64,000 bases of DNA from an uncultured Lachnospiraceae bacterium. Lineage in GTDB: Bacteria > Bacillota > Clostridia > Lachnospirales > Lachnospiraceae. The stretch is taken from the NCBI GenBank assembly GCA_964591265.1, contig CAZQAB010000015.1, positions 301 to 64,300 of the forward strand. The letters are read 5' to 3'. The notes below the pieces were generated by a model that was given only the letters and a program-made list of their open reading frames with translations, did not search any database and had not been told where the DNA came from. This document shows positions 39,143-49,167 of this stretch, in pieces. How positions within the stretch are numbered: the first letter of the stretch is position 1; each line of letters starts with the position of its first letter. The translations under genes and the position numbers were made by a program.

Positions 39143-39664
39143 ATGACCGGAAAAGAGACACTGGAACGGCTCTTGCAGAGCCTTCGTACCTATTACAATA
39201 TTGAGACGCCTGAACCAAAGCAGGATTATCTGATCGCCCGCTGCGATTATTTTGAGCGCAACGAGAAGTATGTGCTATCCAGGAAGGCCAACCTCTGGTC
39301 TGCGGAGGGGGAAGAGTTCCTGTATCTGTTCGATGTGCCTCATCTGACCAGGGAAATCTATGAGCAGTGCCGGCAATGGGCCTGTGAGGACGGGATGGGC
39401 CGCCTGAATATCAGGCCGGACCATATGTGTTCCTATATCACAGCCCTGGTCATCTGCGATTCCTGTGAGGATGCCGCGCTGGCTGCTCTTAAAAAGAGCC
39501 GCTTTCACAAAAGTTTTCATTTTTCGCTGCGCGGGTGGATGGATTACCGCGCCGCCCTGGTATGCGCCGGGGATGACCGCGTCGAAGCCAATGCCGCCGG
39601 AAGAAGCACAGCGAAATTTTTGAAAAAGGTACTATATAATTCAAAAAAGAAGGGAGAGAAATAG
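39143..39664 (+). CDS. Hypothetical protein
   Basis: Backbone-like codon usage; ends 1 nt before the cstA start; start codon uncertain. Confidence 0.75.
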   Translation: MTGKETLERLLQSLRTYYNIETPEPKQDYLIARCDYFERNEKYVLSRKANLWSAEGEEFLYLFDVPHLTREIYEQCRQWACEDGMGRLNIRPDHMCSYITALVICDSCEDAALAALKKSRFHKSFHFSLRGWMDYRAALVCAGDDRVEANAAGRSTAKFLKKVLYNSKKKGEK

Positions 39665-39665
39665 T

Positions 39666-41402
39666 ATGAATTCACTAGTACTTCTTATCGTCTGCATCGC
39701 AATACTGGTATGCGGCTACATCTTCTACGGCGGATGGCTCTGCAAACAGTGGGGTGTGGGCGACAGCAAAGAGGAGACGCCGGCCCACACGCTGGAGGAC
39801 GGTGTTGACTATGTCCCTGCGAAGGCTCCGGTCCTGATGGGACACCATTTTTCATCCATTGCAGGAGCCGGACCGATCACCGGGCCCATCGGCGCCGCTA
39901 TATTCGGATGGCTGCCGGTAACGCTCTGGATTCTGATCGGCGGTATTTTCTTTGGCGGCGTCCATGACTTTGGCGCGCTGTTTGCATCCATACGCCACAA
40001 AGGGCAGTCCATCGGAGAGGTTATCTCCGCAAACATGAGCCGCCGGGCCAAGAGGCTGTTTATCATTTTTTCCTACCTGACTCTGATCCTGGTAGTGGCG
40101 GCATTTGCTTCCATCGTTGCAAGTACCTTTGGCGCTGTTGTGGATGAGTCGGGCGCCATCGACAAGGCTGCGTCCGCGACGAACGCGTCGGTTGCGATGG
40201 TATCCGTGCTGTTCATTGTCATCGCCGTCGCCTTCGGGTTCCTGGTATACCGCCGGAATGCCCCCATGGCCGTTGCCTCCGTCATCGGTGTGCTTGCCAT
40301 CGTGGTCTGCATGGCGATCGGCATGAACTTCCATCCGATCTATCTGACGGGCAACACCTGGATGATTATCGTTGGCATTTACATTGCGGTTGCTTCCGTA
40401 ACGCCGGTGTGGATCCTGCTCCAGCCCCGTGATTATCTGAGCTCTTTCCTGCTCTACGCGATGATGGCGGTGGCGCTGGTGGGCGTTTTGATCTCCCACG
40501 CGAACCTGGGCGGAGCAGACGGACTTCCCATGGTTACCGGTTTTGCTGTGGACAACGGAAACGGCATCCAGTATCTGTTCCCGGTACTGTTCACCACAGT
40601 GGCCTGCGGCGCGATCTCCGGTTTCCATTCTCTGGTATCCTCCGGCACCACTTCCAAGCAGCTTGACAAAGAGACGGATGCAAAACCCATCGCTTACGGC
40701 GGTATGCTGCTGGAGTGTGTGCTTGCGGTAATTACGATCTGTGCCATCAACTTCGCGTACAAATACAACGCGGCTAATCCGGACAGCGCGCTGTCCGGCG
40801 CCACTGCGATCTTCGGCGGCGGTATCGCACAGATGTACGCAGGGCTGGGCGACGGCGCAGTTACCATTCTGAGAACGCTGCTGGTACTTACATACTCCGC
40901 ATTCTGTCTGACTTCTCTGGACACCGCGACGCGTCTCGCACGTTTCATGTTCCAGGAATTCTGGCTTGAGCCGGGACAGACGGCAAAGGATGTAAAAGAC
41001 GGCTATAAGAAGATTCTGGTAAATCCCTACGTTGCCACCATTATCACGGTGGTGCTGGGCATTGCCCTTGGCATGACCGGTTACTCCAAGATCTGGGGCC
41101 TGTTCGGAGCTGCAAACCAGCTGCTGGCGGGAATCGGCCTTCTGGCTGTGGCTACCTGGCTTGGCAACGCCGGGAAGAACAACAGGATGTTCCTGTTCCC
41201 CATGGGCTTTATGATCATTGTTACGATCTGCTCCCTGTGTCTGACCATCAAGAACCAGCTCGGCATCATCTCCGCAGGAGGAGCCGACTGGGGTCCCTAT
41301 GCACAGGTCATTATCGGCGCGCTGCTTGTCATTCTGGCCGTGGTGCTTGTAATTGAGGGCGTTCAGACTCTGACCGGCAAGAACAGGCACGGGAACGCTT
41401 AA
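39666..41402 (+). CDS. cstA: Carbon starvation protein A (peptide/pyruvate transporter)
   Basis: TPAHTLEDGVDYVP, GHHFSSIAGAGPI, LLQPRDYLS, ACGAISGFHSL, LDTATR. Confidence 0.96.
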   Translation: MNSLVLLIVCIAILVCGYIFYGGWLCKQWGVGDSKEETPAHTLEDGVDYVPAKAPVLMGHHFSSIAGAGPITGPIGAAIFGWLPVTLWILIGGIFFGGVHDFGALFASIRHKGQSIGEVISANMSRRAKRLFIIFSYLTLILVVAAFASIVASTFGAVVDESGAIDKAASATNASVAMVSVLFIVIAVAFGFLVYRRNAPMAVASVIGVLAIVVCMAIGMNFHPIYLTGNTWMIIVGIYIAVASVTPVWILLQPRDYLSSFLLYAMMAVALVGVLISHANLGGADGLPMVTGFAVDNGNGIQYLFPVLFTTVACGAISGFHSLVSSGTTSKQLDKETDAKPIAYGGMLLECVLAVITICAINFAYKYNAANPDSALSGATAIFGGGIAQMYAGLGDGAVTILRTLLVLTYSAFCLTSLDTATRLARFMFQEFWLEPGQTAKDVKDGYKKILVNPYVATIITVVLGIALGMTGYSKIWGLFGAANQLLAGIGLLAVATWLGNAGKNNRMFLFPMGFMIIVTICSLCLTIKNQLGIISAGGADWGPYAQVIIGALLVILAVVLVIEGVQTLTGKNRHGNA

Positions 41403-41421
41403 TTCAGAATATACTGATGAA

Positions 41422-41460
41422 AGACGGGTGTTATCCGATGATCCGGATAACGCCCGTTTT
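41422..41460 (+). terminator. Intrinsic terminator after cstA
   Basis: gacgggtgttatccg...cggataacgcccgtttt. Confidence 0.85.
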
Positions 41461-41564
41461 GATGGTTTATCCTATGCGCGGCGATATGTCTTGCAAAAAA
41501 GCAGGTTTTAGGGTATAGTTGTAAAAAATGTAAAAACAGGCAGACATACAGAAGGAGTGGCCTT

Positions 41565-42092
41565 ATGACAAGACAGGAATTTCTGGATACGCTCAGAAGA
41601 GCCTTGAACCGGGAACTGAGCGCCGCCCAGGTGGAGGAGAATATCGCCTACTATGACAACTACATCCGGGAGCAGATGGCAAAAGGGCAGACGGAGGCCC
41701 AGGTGATCGCCCGGCTTGGAGATCCGAGGCTGATCGCCCGGACGATCCTTCAGGTGGATGATAACCGGGAAACGGCCAGAAGCAGTGTTTTCGATACGGA
41801 CGAGACCGTGTATATGGAGGAAACCGGAAGGGACGGTTATTTTTCCGACCAGGACTTTGACGGGGAGCTTCGTGAAGAGCGCGGCCGTTCGCGCTTCCCG
41901 CATATACATTTTTTTCAGATAAAAGGCTGGATGGCGGCGCTCGTGCTGATCCTGGCGCTGATCCTGGTGCTGGCCCTGGTGCTGGCGCTTGCCGGAATCG
42001 CCATGGCCGTACTCTGGAAACTGCTGCCGTTCCTGCTGATCCTGTGGCTGGTCCTGTGGGTGGCCGCGTGGCTGTACCGCCGGTTCTGGTGA
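41565..42092 (+). CDS. DUF1700 membrane protein
   Basis: MTRQEFLDTLRRAL...YYDNYI...LGDPRLIA; C-terminal TM segments. Confidence 0.85.
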   Translation: MTRQEFLDTLRRALNRELSAAQVEENIAYYDNYIREQMAKGQTEAQVIARLGDPRLIARTILQVDDNRETARSSVFDTDETVYMEETGRDGYFSDQDFDGELREERGRSRFPHIHFFQIKGWMAALVLILALILVLALVLALAGIAMAVLWKLLPFLLILWLVLWVAAWLYRRFW

Positions 42093-42216
42093 AAAGTCAC
42101 AGATACCTGCGATATGCTTGCGAAACACTGCGAAAAATGGTATAGTTTCCGGGTATTTGTACAGGGCATGGTTCGGATGCGTTTCGGCTGATTGAAATGA
42201 GAAAGGGATGGGTAAA

Positions 42217-42741
42217 ATGAAAAAGATCGAAGAGTATGTTAGAAGTATTCCGGATTTTCCGGAACCGGGTATCATTTTCCGGGATGTGACCAGCATTCTG
42301 CAGGATGCGGAGGGCCTTCAGCTTTCCATTGACCTGATTCAGGAAAAACTGAAGGGCATCGATTTTGACGTGGTGGCCGGAACGGAGTCCCGTGGTTTTA
42401 TTTTCGGGATGCCGGTGGCATATAATCTTCACAAACCCTTTGTTCCGGTGCGGAAGAAAGGCAAGCTGCCCTGCGAGACCGTTTCCATCGAGTATGCGCT
42501 GGAATACGGCACGGCGGAGATCGAGATCCACAGGGATGCGATTAAACCGGGCCAGAAGGTGGTTATGATCGACGACCTGATCGCCACCGGAGGAACGATC
42601 GAGGCGGCGGTCAAGCTGGTGGAAAAGCTTGGCGGCGAAGTGGTCAAAATCGTTTTCCTGATGGAACTTGCCGGCCTGAAGGGCCGGGAGAAGCTGGCCG
42701 GATATGACGTGGAATCTGTAATTTGCTACGACGGAAAATAA
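42217..42741 (+). CDS. apt: Adenine phosphoribosyltransferase
   Basis: IPDFPEPGIIFRD, ESRGF, RKKGKLP, YALEYG, IDDLIATGGT. Confidence 0.98.
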   Translation: MKKIEEYVRSIPDFPEPGIIFRDVTSILQDAEGLQLSIDLIQEKLKGIDFDVVAGTESRGFIFGMPVAYNLHKPFVPVRKKGKLPCETVSIEYALEYGTAEIEIHRDAIKPGQKVVMIDDLIATGGTIEAAVKLVEKLGGEVVKIVFLMELAGLKGREKLAGYDVESVICYDGK

Positions 42742-42762
42742 ACAGACAAAAATGGTGGATCT

Positions 42763-45063
42763 ATGTCGATTGATACAATTACAAATCAGGAGAGAATTGA
42801 GGAAATCAAAAAAGCGGACGCCAGCGTGAAGACAACAGAGGATTTCACCAGCCCCGACGAGCTGTACCGGGAGCTGATCGACAGTATCAGAAGGTATCAC
42901 CCTTCGGATGATCTTTCCATGATCGAGAAAGCCTATAAGGTGGCCTGTGAAGCGCACAAAGGCCAGCTGCGCCGGTCCGGCGAGCCTTACATTGTCCATC
43001 CGCTGTGCGTAGCCATCATACTTGCGGATCTGGAGCTGGATCTGGAATCCATCGCGGCGGGCCTTCTCCATGATGTGGTCGAGGACACGGTTATGACCAC
43101 GGAGGAGGTGGAGCGGGAATTCGGCAAAGAGGTGGCGGTGATCGTGGACGGAGTCACCAAGCTGGGCAAGCTGAATTATTCCGCGGACAAGGTGGAGGTG
43201 CAGGCGGAGAATCTGCGCAAGATGTTTCTGGCTATGGCCAAGGATATCCGGGTGATCCTTGTAAAGCTGGCGGACCGTCTTCACAATATGCGGACCGCGA
43301 AATACTGGCCCCCGGAGAAACAGCGGGAAAAGGCCAGAGAAACCATGGATATCTACGCGCCCATTGCCCACCGGCTGGGCATCTCCAAGATCAAGGTGGA
43401 ACTGGACGATCTCTCGCTGAAATACCTGGATCCGGAGGTCTACTATGACCTGGTGGAAAAAATTTCCCTGAAGCGGGATGCCAGACAGGCTTTTATCGAT
43501 CATATCGTGGCGGAGATCCGCCGGCATATTGAGGACGCGGGCATCCGGGCGCAGATCGACGGACGGATCAAGCATTTCTTCAGCATTTATAAAAAAATGG
43601 TAAACCAGCAGAAAACGCTGGATCAGATCTACGATCTGTTCGCGGTACGGATCATTGTGGATACGGTGAAGGACTGTTATGCGGCCCTTGGAGTCATCCA
43701 TGAGATGTACAAACCGATTCCGGGACGGTTCAAGGATTATATCGCAATGCCCAAACAGAATATGTACCAGTCCCTTCACACGACGCTGATTGCCTCCAAC
43801 GGCACGCCCTTTGAGATCCAGATCCGCACCTTTGAGATGCACCGCACAGCGGAATACGGCATCGCGGCGCACTGGAAATACAAAGAGGCCGCAGACGGCA
43901 AAAAGGGGGACAACAAGAGCGAGGAGGAGAAGCTGAGCTGGCTGAGACAGGTGCTGGACTGGCAGATGTCCGACAACCGGGAGTTTATGAGCCTGCTTAA
44001 AAGTGATTTTGACCTGTTCTCCGAGAGCGTCTACTGCTTTACACCCACGGGGGACGTAAAGAATCTTCCCACTGGATCGACGCCCATCGATTTTGCCTAC
44101 AGCATCCACAGCGCCGTGGGCAACCGCATGATCGGCGCCAGGGTCAACGGCAAGCTGGTGACCATCGATTACGTGATCCAGAACGGCGACCGCATTGAGA
44201 TCATCACCTCCCAGAATTCCAGGGGTCCCAGCCGGGACTGGCTGAAGATTGTAAAAAGCTCACAGGCCAGAAACAAGATCAATCAGTGGTTCAAGCAGGA
44301 GCTGAAAGAAGAAAATATCGTCAAGGGCAAGGAAATGCTGTCCTCCTACTGCAAGACGAAGGGGATTGTCCTGTCCGATATAATGAAACCGGAATACATG
44401 GAACGCGTGCTGACCAAATACGGTTTCCGGGACTGGGACGCGGTGCTTGCGGCGCTGGGCCACGGCGGCCTGAAGGAAGGCCAGGTGGTCAACAAGCTGC
44501 TGGAGGGCTACGAGCGGGATCACAGGCAGGAGGCTACGGATGAGCAGATCATGGAGGCCGTGCAGAACGCCAACACCCTCTCGGTCCGGGGGAAGAAAAC
44601 CAAGGGCGGCATTATGGTGCAGGGGATCGACGATATCAGCGTCCGTTTTGCGAAATGCTGCAGCCCCATCCCCGGGGATGAGATCATCGGATTTGTGACC
44701 AGAGGGCGGGGTGTGACGATACACCGGACGGACTGTATCAATATCATCAATCTCCCCGAGGAAGAACGCGCCCGTCTGATCGACGCGGAATGGCAGAAGG
44801 AAGCCGCGGCGGGCGACAGAGGCTTGTATCTGGCGGAGATTATGATCTACTGCAACAACCGCACCGGCCTTCTGGTGGATGTGACGAGAATTCTGACGGA
44901 AAACAAGATCGATGTGATTTCCGTAAATTCCCGCACCAGCAAGCAGGGGATCGCCACCATTACCATGTCCTTTGAGGTGGCGGGAAAGAACAAGCTGGAT
45001 TACCTGATCGATAAGATCCGGCAGGTGGAGAGCGTCATTGACGTGGAACGCACCACCGGCTGA
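42763..45063 (+). CDS. relA: Bifunctional (p)ppGpp synthetase/hydrolase
   Basis: HDVVED, KLADRLHN, YQSLHT, EIQIRT; TGS, ZFD and ACT domains. Confidence 0.97.
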   Translation: MSIDTITNQERIEEIKKADASVKTTEDFTSPDELYRELIDSIRRYHPSDDLSMIEKAYKVACEAHKGQLRRSGEPYIVHPLCVAIILADLELDLESIAAGLLHDVVEDTVMTTEEVEREFGKEVAVIVDGVTKLGKLNYSADKVEVQAENLRKMFLAMAKDIRVILVKLADRLHNMRTAKYWPPEKQREKARETMDIYAPIAHRLGISKIKVELDDLSLKYLDPEVYYDLVEKISLKRDARQAFIDHIVAEIRRHIEDAGIRAQIDGRIKHFFSIYKKMVNQQKTLDQIYDLFAVRIIVDTVKDCYAALGVIHEMYKPIPGRFKDYIAMPKQNMYQSLHTTLIASNGTPFEIQIRTFEMHRTAEYGIAAHWKYKEAADGKKGDNKSEEEKLSWLRQVLDWQMSDNREFMSLLKSDFDLFSESVYCFTPTGDVKNLPTGSTPIDFAYSIHSAVGNRMIGARVNGKLVTIDYVIQNGDRIEIITSQNSRGPSRDWLKIVKSSQARNKINQWFKQELKEENIVKGKEMLSSYCKTKGIVLSDIMKPEYMERVLTKYGFRDWDAVLAALGHGGLKEGQVVNKLLEGYERDHRQEATDEQIMEAVQNANTLSVRGKKTKGGIMVQGIDDISVRFAKCCSPIPGDEIIGFVTRGRGVTIHRTDCINIINLPEEERARLIDAEWQKEAAAGDRGLYLAEIMIYCNNRTGLLVDVTRILTENKIDVISVNSRTSKQGIATITMSFEVAGKNKLDYLIDKIRQVESVIDVERTTG

Positions 45064-45074
45064 CGGGAGGCAAA

Positions 45075-45701
45075 ATGAAGAATTTTGAGGTAGAAACCCT
45101 TGTGCTGGGGATGATGGAGACCAACTGTTATCTGGCGAAGAACCGGGATACAGGTGCGCTGCTGATCATTGATCCGGCGGAGGAGGCAGAGCGGATCACG
45201 GATAAGATCGCCGCCATGGGAGGCAGGCCGGAGGCGGTGCTGCTGACCCACGGTCATTTTGACCATATCGGCGCGGCCCGGGCGGTTCGGGACCGGTATG
45301 GGATCCCCGTCTGCGCGTTGGGTGCGGAGCGGGAGATTCTGGAGGATCCAAATAAAAATCTGTCTGCGGCCTTCGGACGGGGTTATACGCTGGCGGCGGA
45401 TCGTTTTTTGAAAGACAGAGAGATCCTGAATCTGGCGGGGACCGATATCACGGTGCTTCACACCCCCGGCCATACGGCGGGGAGCTGCTGCTATTATCTG
45501 CCGGAGGAAAATACCCTGTTTTCCGGGGACACGCTGTTTCACTGCAGCGTGGGCCGGACGGATTTCCCCACGGGGAGCATGAGCCAAATCCGCCGCTCCC
45601 TCCATGAGAAGCTGTTTGCGCTGCCGGAGGAGACTCTGGTGCTGCCGGGTCATGAGGCGTCCACGGATATTAAATACGAGAAAATGTTCAATCCTTATTA
45701 G
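45075..45701 (+). CDS. MBL-fold metallo-hydrolase
   Basis: THGHFDH, TPGH, FSGD, PGH. Confidence 0.93.
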   Translation: MKNFEVETLVLGMMETNCYLAKNRDTGALLIIDPAEEAERITDKIAAMGGRPEAVLLTHGHFDHIGAARAVRDRYGIPVCALGAEREILEDPNKNLSAAFGRGYTLAADRFLKDREILNLAGTDITVLHTPGHTAGSCCYYLPEENTLFSGDTLFHCSVGRTDFPTGSMSQIRRSLHEKLFALPEETLVLPGHEASTDIKYEKMFNPY

Positions 45702-45742
45702 ATACTGCCCGCAGCCGGATCCGGCTGCATTGGAAATACTGT

Positions 45743-47203
45743 ATGATAACCGTAGAATTAAATGTAAAGAACTTTGAATACGACATCCATTCGCTGGTAA
45801 AGGCATTTTATCCGGAACAGGAGGTCCGTATCCGCTATGAGGAAGCACCGGAGGAGGGAACGGAGGAGTTGCCGAGGCTGGTGATTTCTTTCGTGTCAGA
45901 GGAAAGCGCAATCCATATCCGGTTTTATGCGGGAGAGAGGCTGCTGGCAAAGGATCAGGTTTCCCTGCCCGACGGCATCGACCGGAAGGAGACGAAGAAC
46001 CGTCTGAAACGGCTGCTGTACCGGCTGCTTTCCGCTTACACCGGGCGAAGGCTTCCCTGGGGGACGCTGACCGGTATCCGCCCCACGAAGATCCCCATGG
46101 CCCTTCTGGAGCAGGGCCATGATCGGGCTGAAATCGCCCGGTATATGCAGGAAACCTACTATACCAGCGATGAAAAGACAGAGCTTGCTATCCGGATCGC
46201 AGAAAGGGAGAGACGGATCCTCCGGGACATCAATTTCAAAAACGGATACAGCCTGTACGTGGGCATTCCCTTTTGCCCCAGCATCTGCCTTTACTGCAGC
46301 TTCAGCTCCAGTCCCCTGCATCTGTGGAAGGATCAGGTGGACGCCTATCTTCGGGCCCTTTTCAGGGAGATCGATTATGCCTCCGGAGCATTTGCGGACC
46401 GGGAACTGGACGCGGTATACATCGGAGGCGGGACGCCCACTACTCTGGAGCCCGGCCAGATGGACGCCCTGTTATGTAAGCTGGAGGAGCGGTTCTGTTT
46501 TGACCATCTTCGGGAATTTACAGTGGAGGCCGGCAGGCCGGACAGCATCACGCGGGATAAACTGGCGGTGCTGCGCGATCACGGCATATCCAGGATATCC
46601 ATCAATCCGCAGACGATGAATCAGGCGACGCTGGATTTCATCGGACGGGGGCATACGGTGGAGGAGACCGTGCAGGCATTCCATCTGGCCCGGGAGATGG
46701 GGTTTAGCAATATCAATATGGATCTGATCGTAGGCCTGCCCGGGGAGGAAAAGCCCCAGGTGGAGCACACCATGCAGGAGATACTGAAGCTGGACCCGGA
46801 CAATATCACGGTACATTCCCTGGCGGTAAAGCGGGCGGCGCGGCTGCGGCTCTTCAGGGAGGAGCACCGGGAGATGACTATGACCAACAATCAGGAGATC
46901 ATGGATATGACCGCCTCGTATGCGGCGGAGGCCGGGCTTTATCCCTATTATCTGTACAGGCAGAAGAATATGGCGGGAAATTTTGAGAATGTGGGGTATG
47001 CAAAAGAAGGCCGGGCCGGACTCTATAATATTCTGATTATGGAGGAGGTGCAGAGCATCCTGGCTCTGGGCGCCGGGGCATCCACCAAGCTGGTGTGGGC
47101 GAAGGATCGGATCGAGCGGATCGAGAATGTGAAGGATATCCGGAATTATATCGACCGGATCGACGAGATGATTGACAGAAAGAGGGCGGGACTGCATGGG
47201 TGA
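45743..47203 (+). CDS. hemZ: Radical SAM HemZ (HemN-like)
   Basis: PWGTLTGIRP, CPSICLYC, GGGTP, EAGRPD, YLYRQK. Confidence 0.93.
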   Translation: MITVELNVKNFEYDIHSLVKAFYPEQEVRIRYEEAPEEGTEELPRLVISFVSEESAIHIRFYAGERLLAKDQVSLPDGIDRKETKNRLKRLLYRLLSAYTGRRLPWGTLTGIRPTKIPMALLEQGHDRAEIARYMQETYYTSDEKTELAIRIAERERRILRDINFKNGYSLYVGIPFCPSICLYCSFSSSPLHLWKDQVDAYLRALFREIDYASGAFADRELDAVYIGGGTPTTLEPGQMDALLCKLEERFCFDHLREFTVEAGRPDSITRDKLAVLRDHGISRISINPQTMNQATLDFIGRGHTVEETVQAFHLAREMGFSNINMDLIVGLPGEEKPQVEHTMQEILKLDPDNITVHSLAVKRAARLRLFREEHREMTMTNNQEIMDMTASYAAEAGLYPYYLYRQKNMAGNFENVGYAKEGRAGLYNILIMEEVQSILALGAGASTKLVWAKDRIERIENVKDIRNYIDRIDEMIDRKRAGLHG

Positions 47204-47825
47204 AAAACAGCGTGAATATAAGAAAAAATATCAACTGATCCAGCCGGGAATCGTCACGGAGATCGCCCACGGCACGGTGGTCAGCAATCTGGCTTTCCGT
47301 GTGGGGAAGCACATGAATCTGTCCCCGGAGGATTGCTATGATCTGGCAGTCGCCGGGTTTGTACACGACATCGGCAAGCTGGAACTGGCAAAATACGTCC
47401 GGGGCCGGGAGGATAAGACGCTGGTGATCGAGGAGATCCGATACATACGGAGCCATGCTATGATGAGCGCCCTGATTCTTCAGGAAAAGGGGTATTCTCA
47501 GAAGATCGTGGATATGGTAAAATCCCACCATGAGAACTGCGACGGTTCCGGTTATCCCCTGAATCTGACCAGAGAGGAGATCCCTCTGGGGGCCAGGATC
47601 CTGCGGGTCTGTGATGTGTTCGCGGCTCTGACGGCGGACCGTCCATACCGCAAGGCTTTCGACGTCCCCACTGCGATCCGGATGATGATAGAGGAGTCAA
47701 AGGATTATGATGTAGGAGTATTTCTGGCTTTTATGAATCTGGTGCATTCGGAGGATATCGGAAAGATTCTGGATACCCGGGAATTTGAAGAGCGTTTCAG
47801 ACACAATGAGGAGGAGATCATATGA
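47196..47825 (+). CDS. Stand-alone HD-GYP domain protein
   Basis: [30 protein letters not shown]. Confidence 0.9.
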   Translation: MGEKQREYKKKYQLIQPGIVTEIAHGTVVSNLAFRVGKHMNLSPEDCYDLAVAGFVHDIGKLELAKYVRGREDKTLVIEEIRYIRSHAMMSALILQEKGYSQKIVDMVKSHHENCDGSGYPLNLTREEIPLGARILRVCDVFAALTADRPYRKAFDVPTAIRMMIEESKDYDVGVFLAFMNLVHSEDIGKILDTREFEERFRHNEEEII

Positions 47826-49081
47826 TTACACAGGCGCCAAGAGGGGTGCAGGACTGGTACGGCGAGGAAATGCGCCGGCGTTCCATCGTAGAAAAGACCG
47901 CGCGGGAGATCGCCCGCACTTACCATATGACGGAGATCATCACCCCCATGTTTGAGCACACCGTGCTGTTTCAGCGGAGCGTGGGAGAGACCACGGACGT
48001 GGTGCAGAAAGAGATGTACACCTTTGAGGATAAGGGCGGCCGGAGCATCACCCTGAAGCCGGAGGGAACGGCGGGGGTTATGCGGGCGTATCTGGAGCAC
48101 AATATGTATGCGCAGCCGGCTCCCACAAAGCTGTATTACGTGACCCAGGCCTTCCGGTATGAGAAGCCCCAGAGCGGACGGCTCCGACAGCATCATCAGT
48201 TTGGCGTGGAGTTTGTGGGCGCCGCCAGCCCGCTGGCTGAGGTGGAGCTCATCACCCTGATCACGGAACTGCTCGGGAAGCTGGGGGTGAAGGATGCGAA
48301 GCTGCACATCAACAGCATTGGCTGCAAAAACTGCCGGAAAACCTACAACGACGCTCTGATGGCCTATCTGAGGCAGCATGAGGAGAGCCTTTGCCCCACC
48401 TGCCGGGAGCGTATGCGGAAGAATCCCCTGCGGGTTCTGGACTGCAAGTCGGACGCCTGCAAGGCGATTGTGGCGGACGCGCCCCGTACCATCGAGTACC
48501 TGGATGAGGAGTGCCGGGAGCACTTTGAGGAACTGAAATCCCTTCTGGATGAGATGGGAATTGAGTACATGGTGGATGCGGGGATTGTAAGAGGCCTGGA
48601 TTACTATACAAAGACCGTATTTGAGTTTGTGGATTCCCAGGGCCTTACCATCTGCGGCGGCGGCCGGTATGACGGGCTGATCCGCGAGATCGACGAGAAG
48701 CAGGACATCCCCTCCGTGGGATTCGGCATGGGCATCGAGCGCATCCTGAATGTCATGGAAAAACAGGGCGTGGCCTTTCCGCCGGCAGAGCCGGTGGCGC
48801 TGTACGCGGGCATTCTGGGAAAGGAAGCCAGAGGCCGCACGTACCGTCTGGTGGCTGAGCTTCGCCAAAAAGGCCTGGTGGTGGAGACGGATTATATGAA
48901 CCGCAGCGTGAAAGCCCAGATGAAGTATGCCAACAAGCTGGGCGCTGAAAAAACGGTCATCATAGGCTCCCGGGAACTGGCGGACAATCTGGCCCGTGTG
49001 AAGGATATGAAGACCGGCGAACAGACGGAAGTGGCGCTGGATAAAATCGCGGATCTGCTGACCGGCGGGGGCAAATGCTGA
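47822..49081 (+). CDS. hisS: Histidine--tRNA ligase
   Basis: [37 protein letters not shown]. Confidence 0.98.
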   Translation: MITQAPRGVQDWYGEEMRRRSIVEKTAREIARTYHMTEIITPMFEHTVLFQRSVGETTDVVQKEMYTFEDKGGRSITLKPEGTAGVMRAYLEHNMYAQPAPTKLYYVTQAFRYEKPQSGRLRQHHQFGVEFVGAASPLAEVELITLITELLGKLGVKDAKLHINSIGCKNCRKTYNDALMAYLRQHEESLCPTCRERMRKNPLRVLDCKSDACKAIVADAPRTIEYLDEECREHFEELKSLLDEMGIEYMVDAGIVRGLDYYTKTVFEFVDSQGLTICGGGRYDGLIREIDEKQDIPSVGFGMGIERILNVMEKQGVAFPPAEPVALYAGILGKEARGRTYRLVAELRQKGLVVETDYMNRSVKAQMKYANKLGAEKTVIIGSRELADNLARVKDMKTGEQTEVALDKIADLLTGGGKC

Positions 49082-49167
49082 ACCGGGCTTTGGAGATCGC
49101 GGGAGCTTCGTCAGATAAATGAAAGAACGATCCATATCAATATAAGAAATTTTAGGAGGACTGAAAA

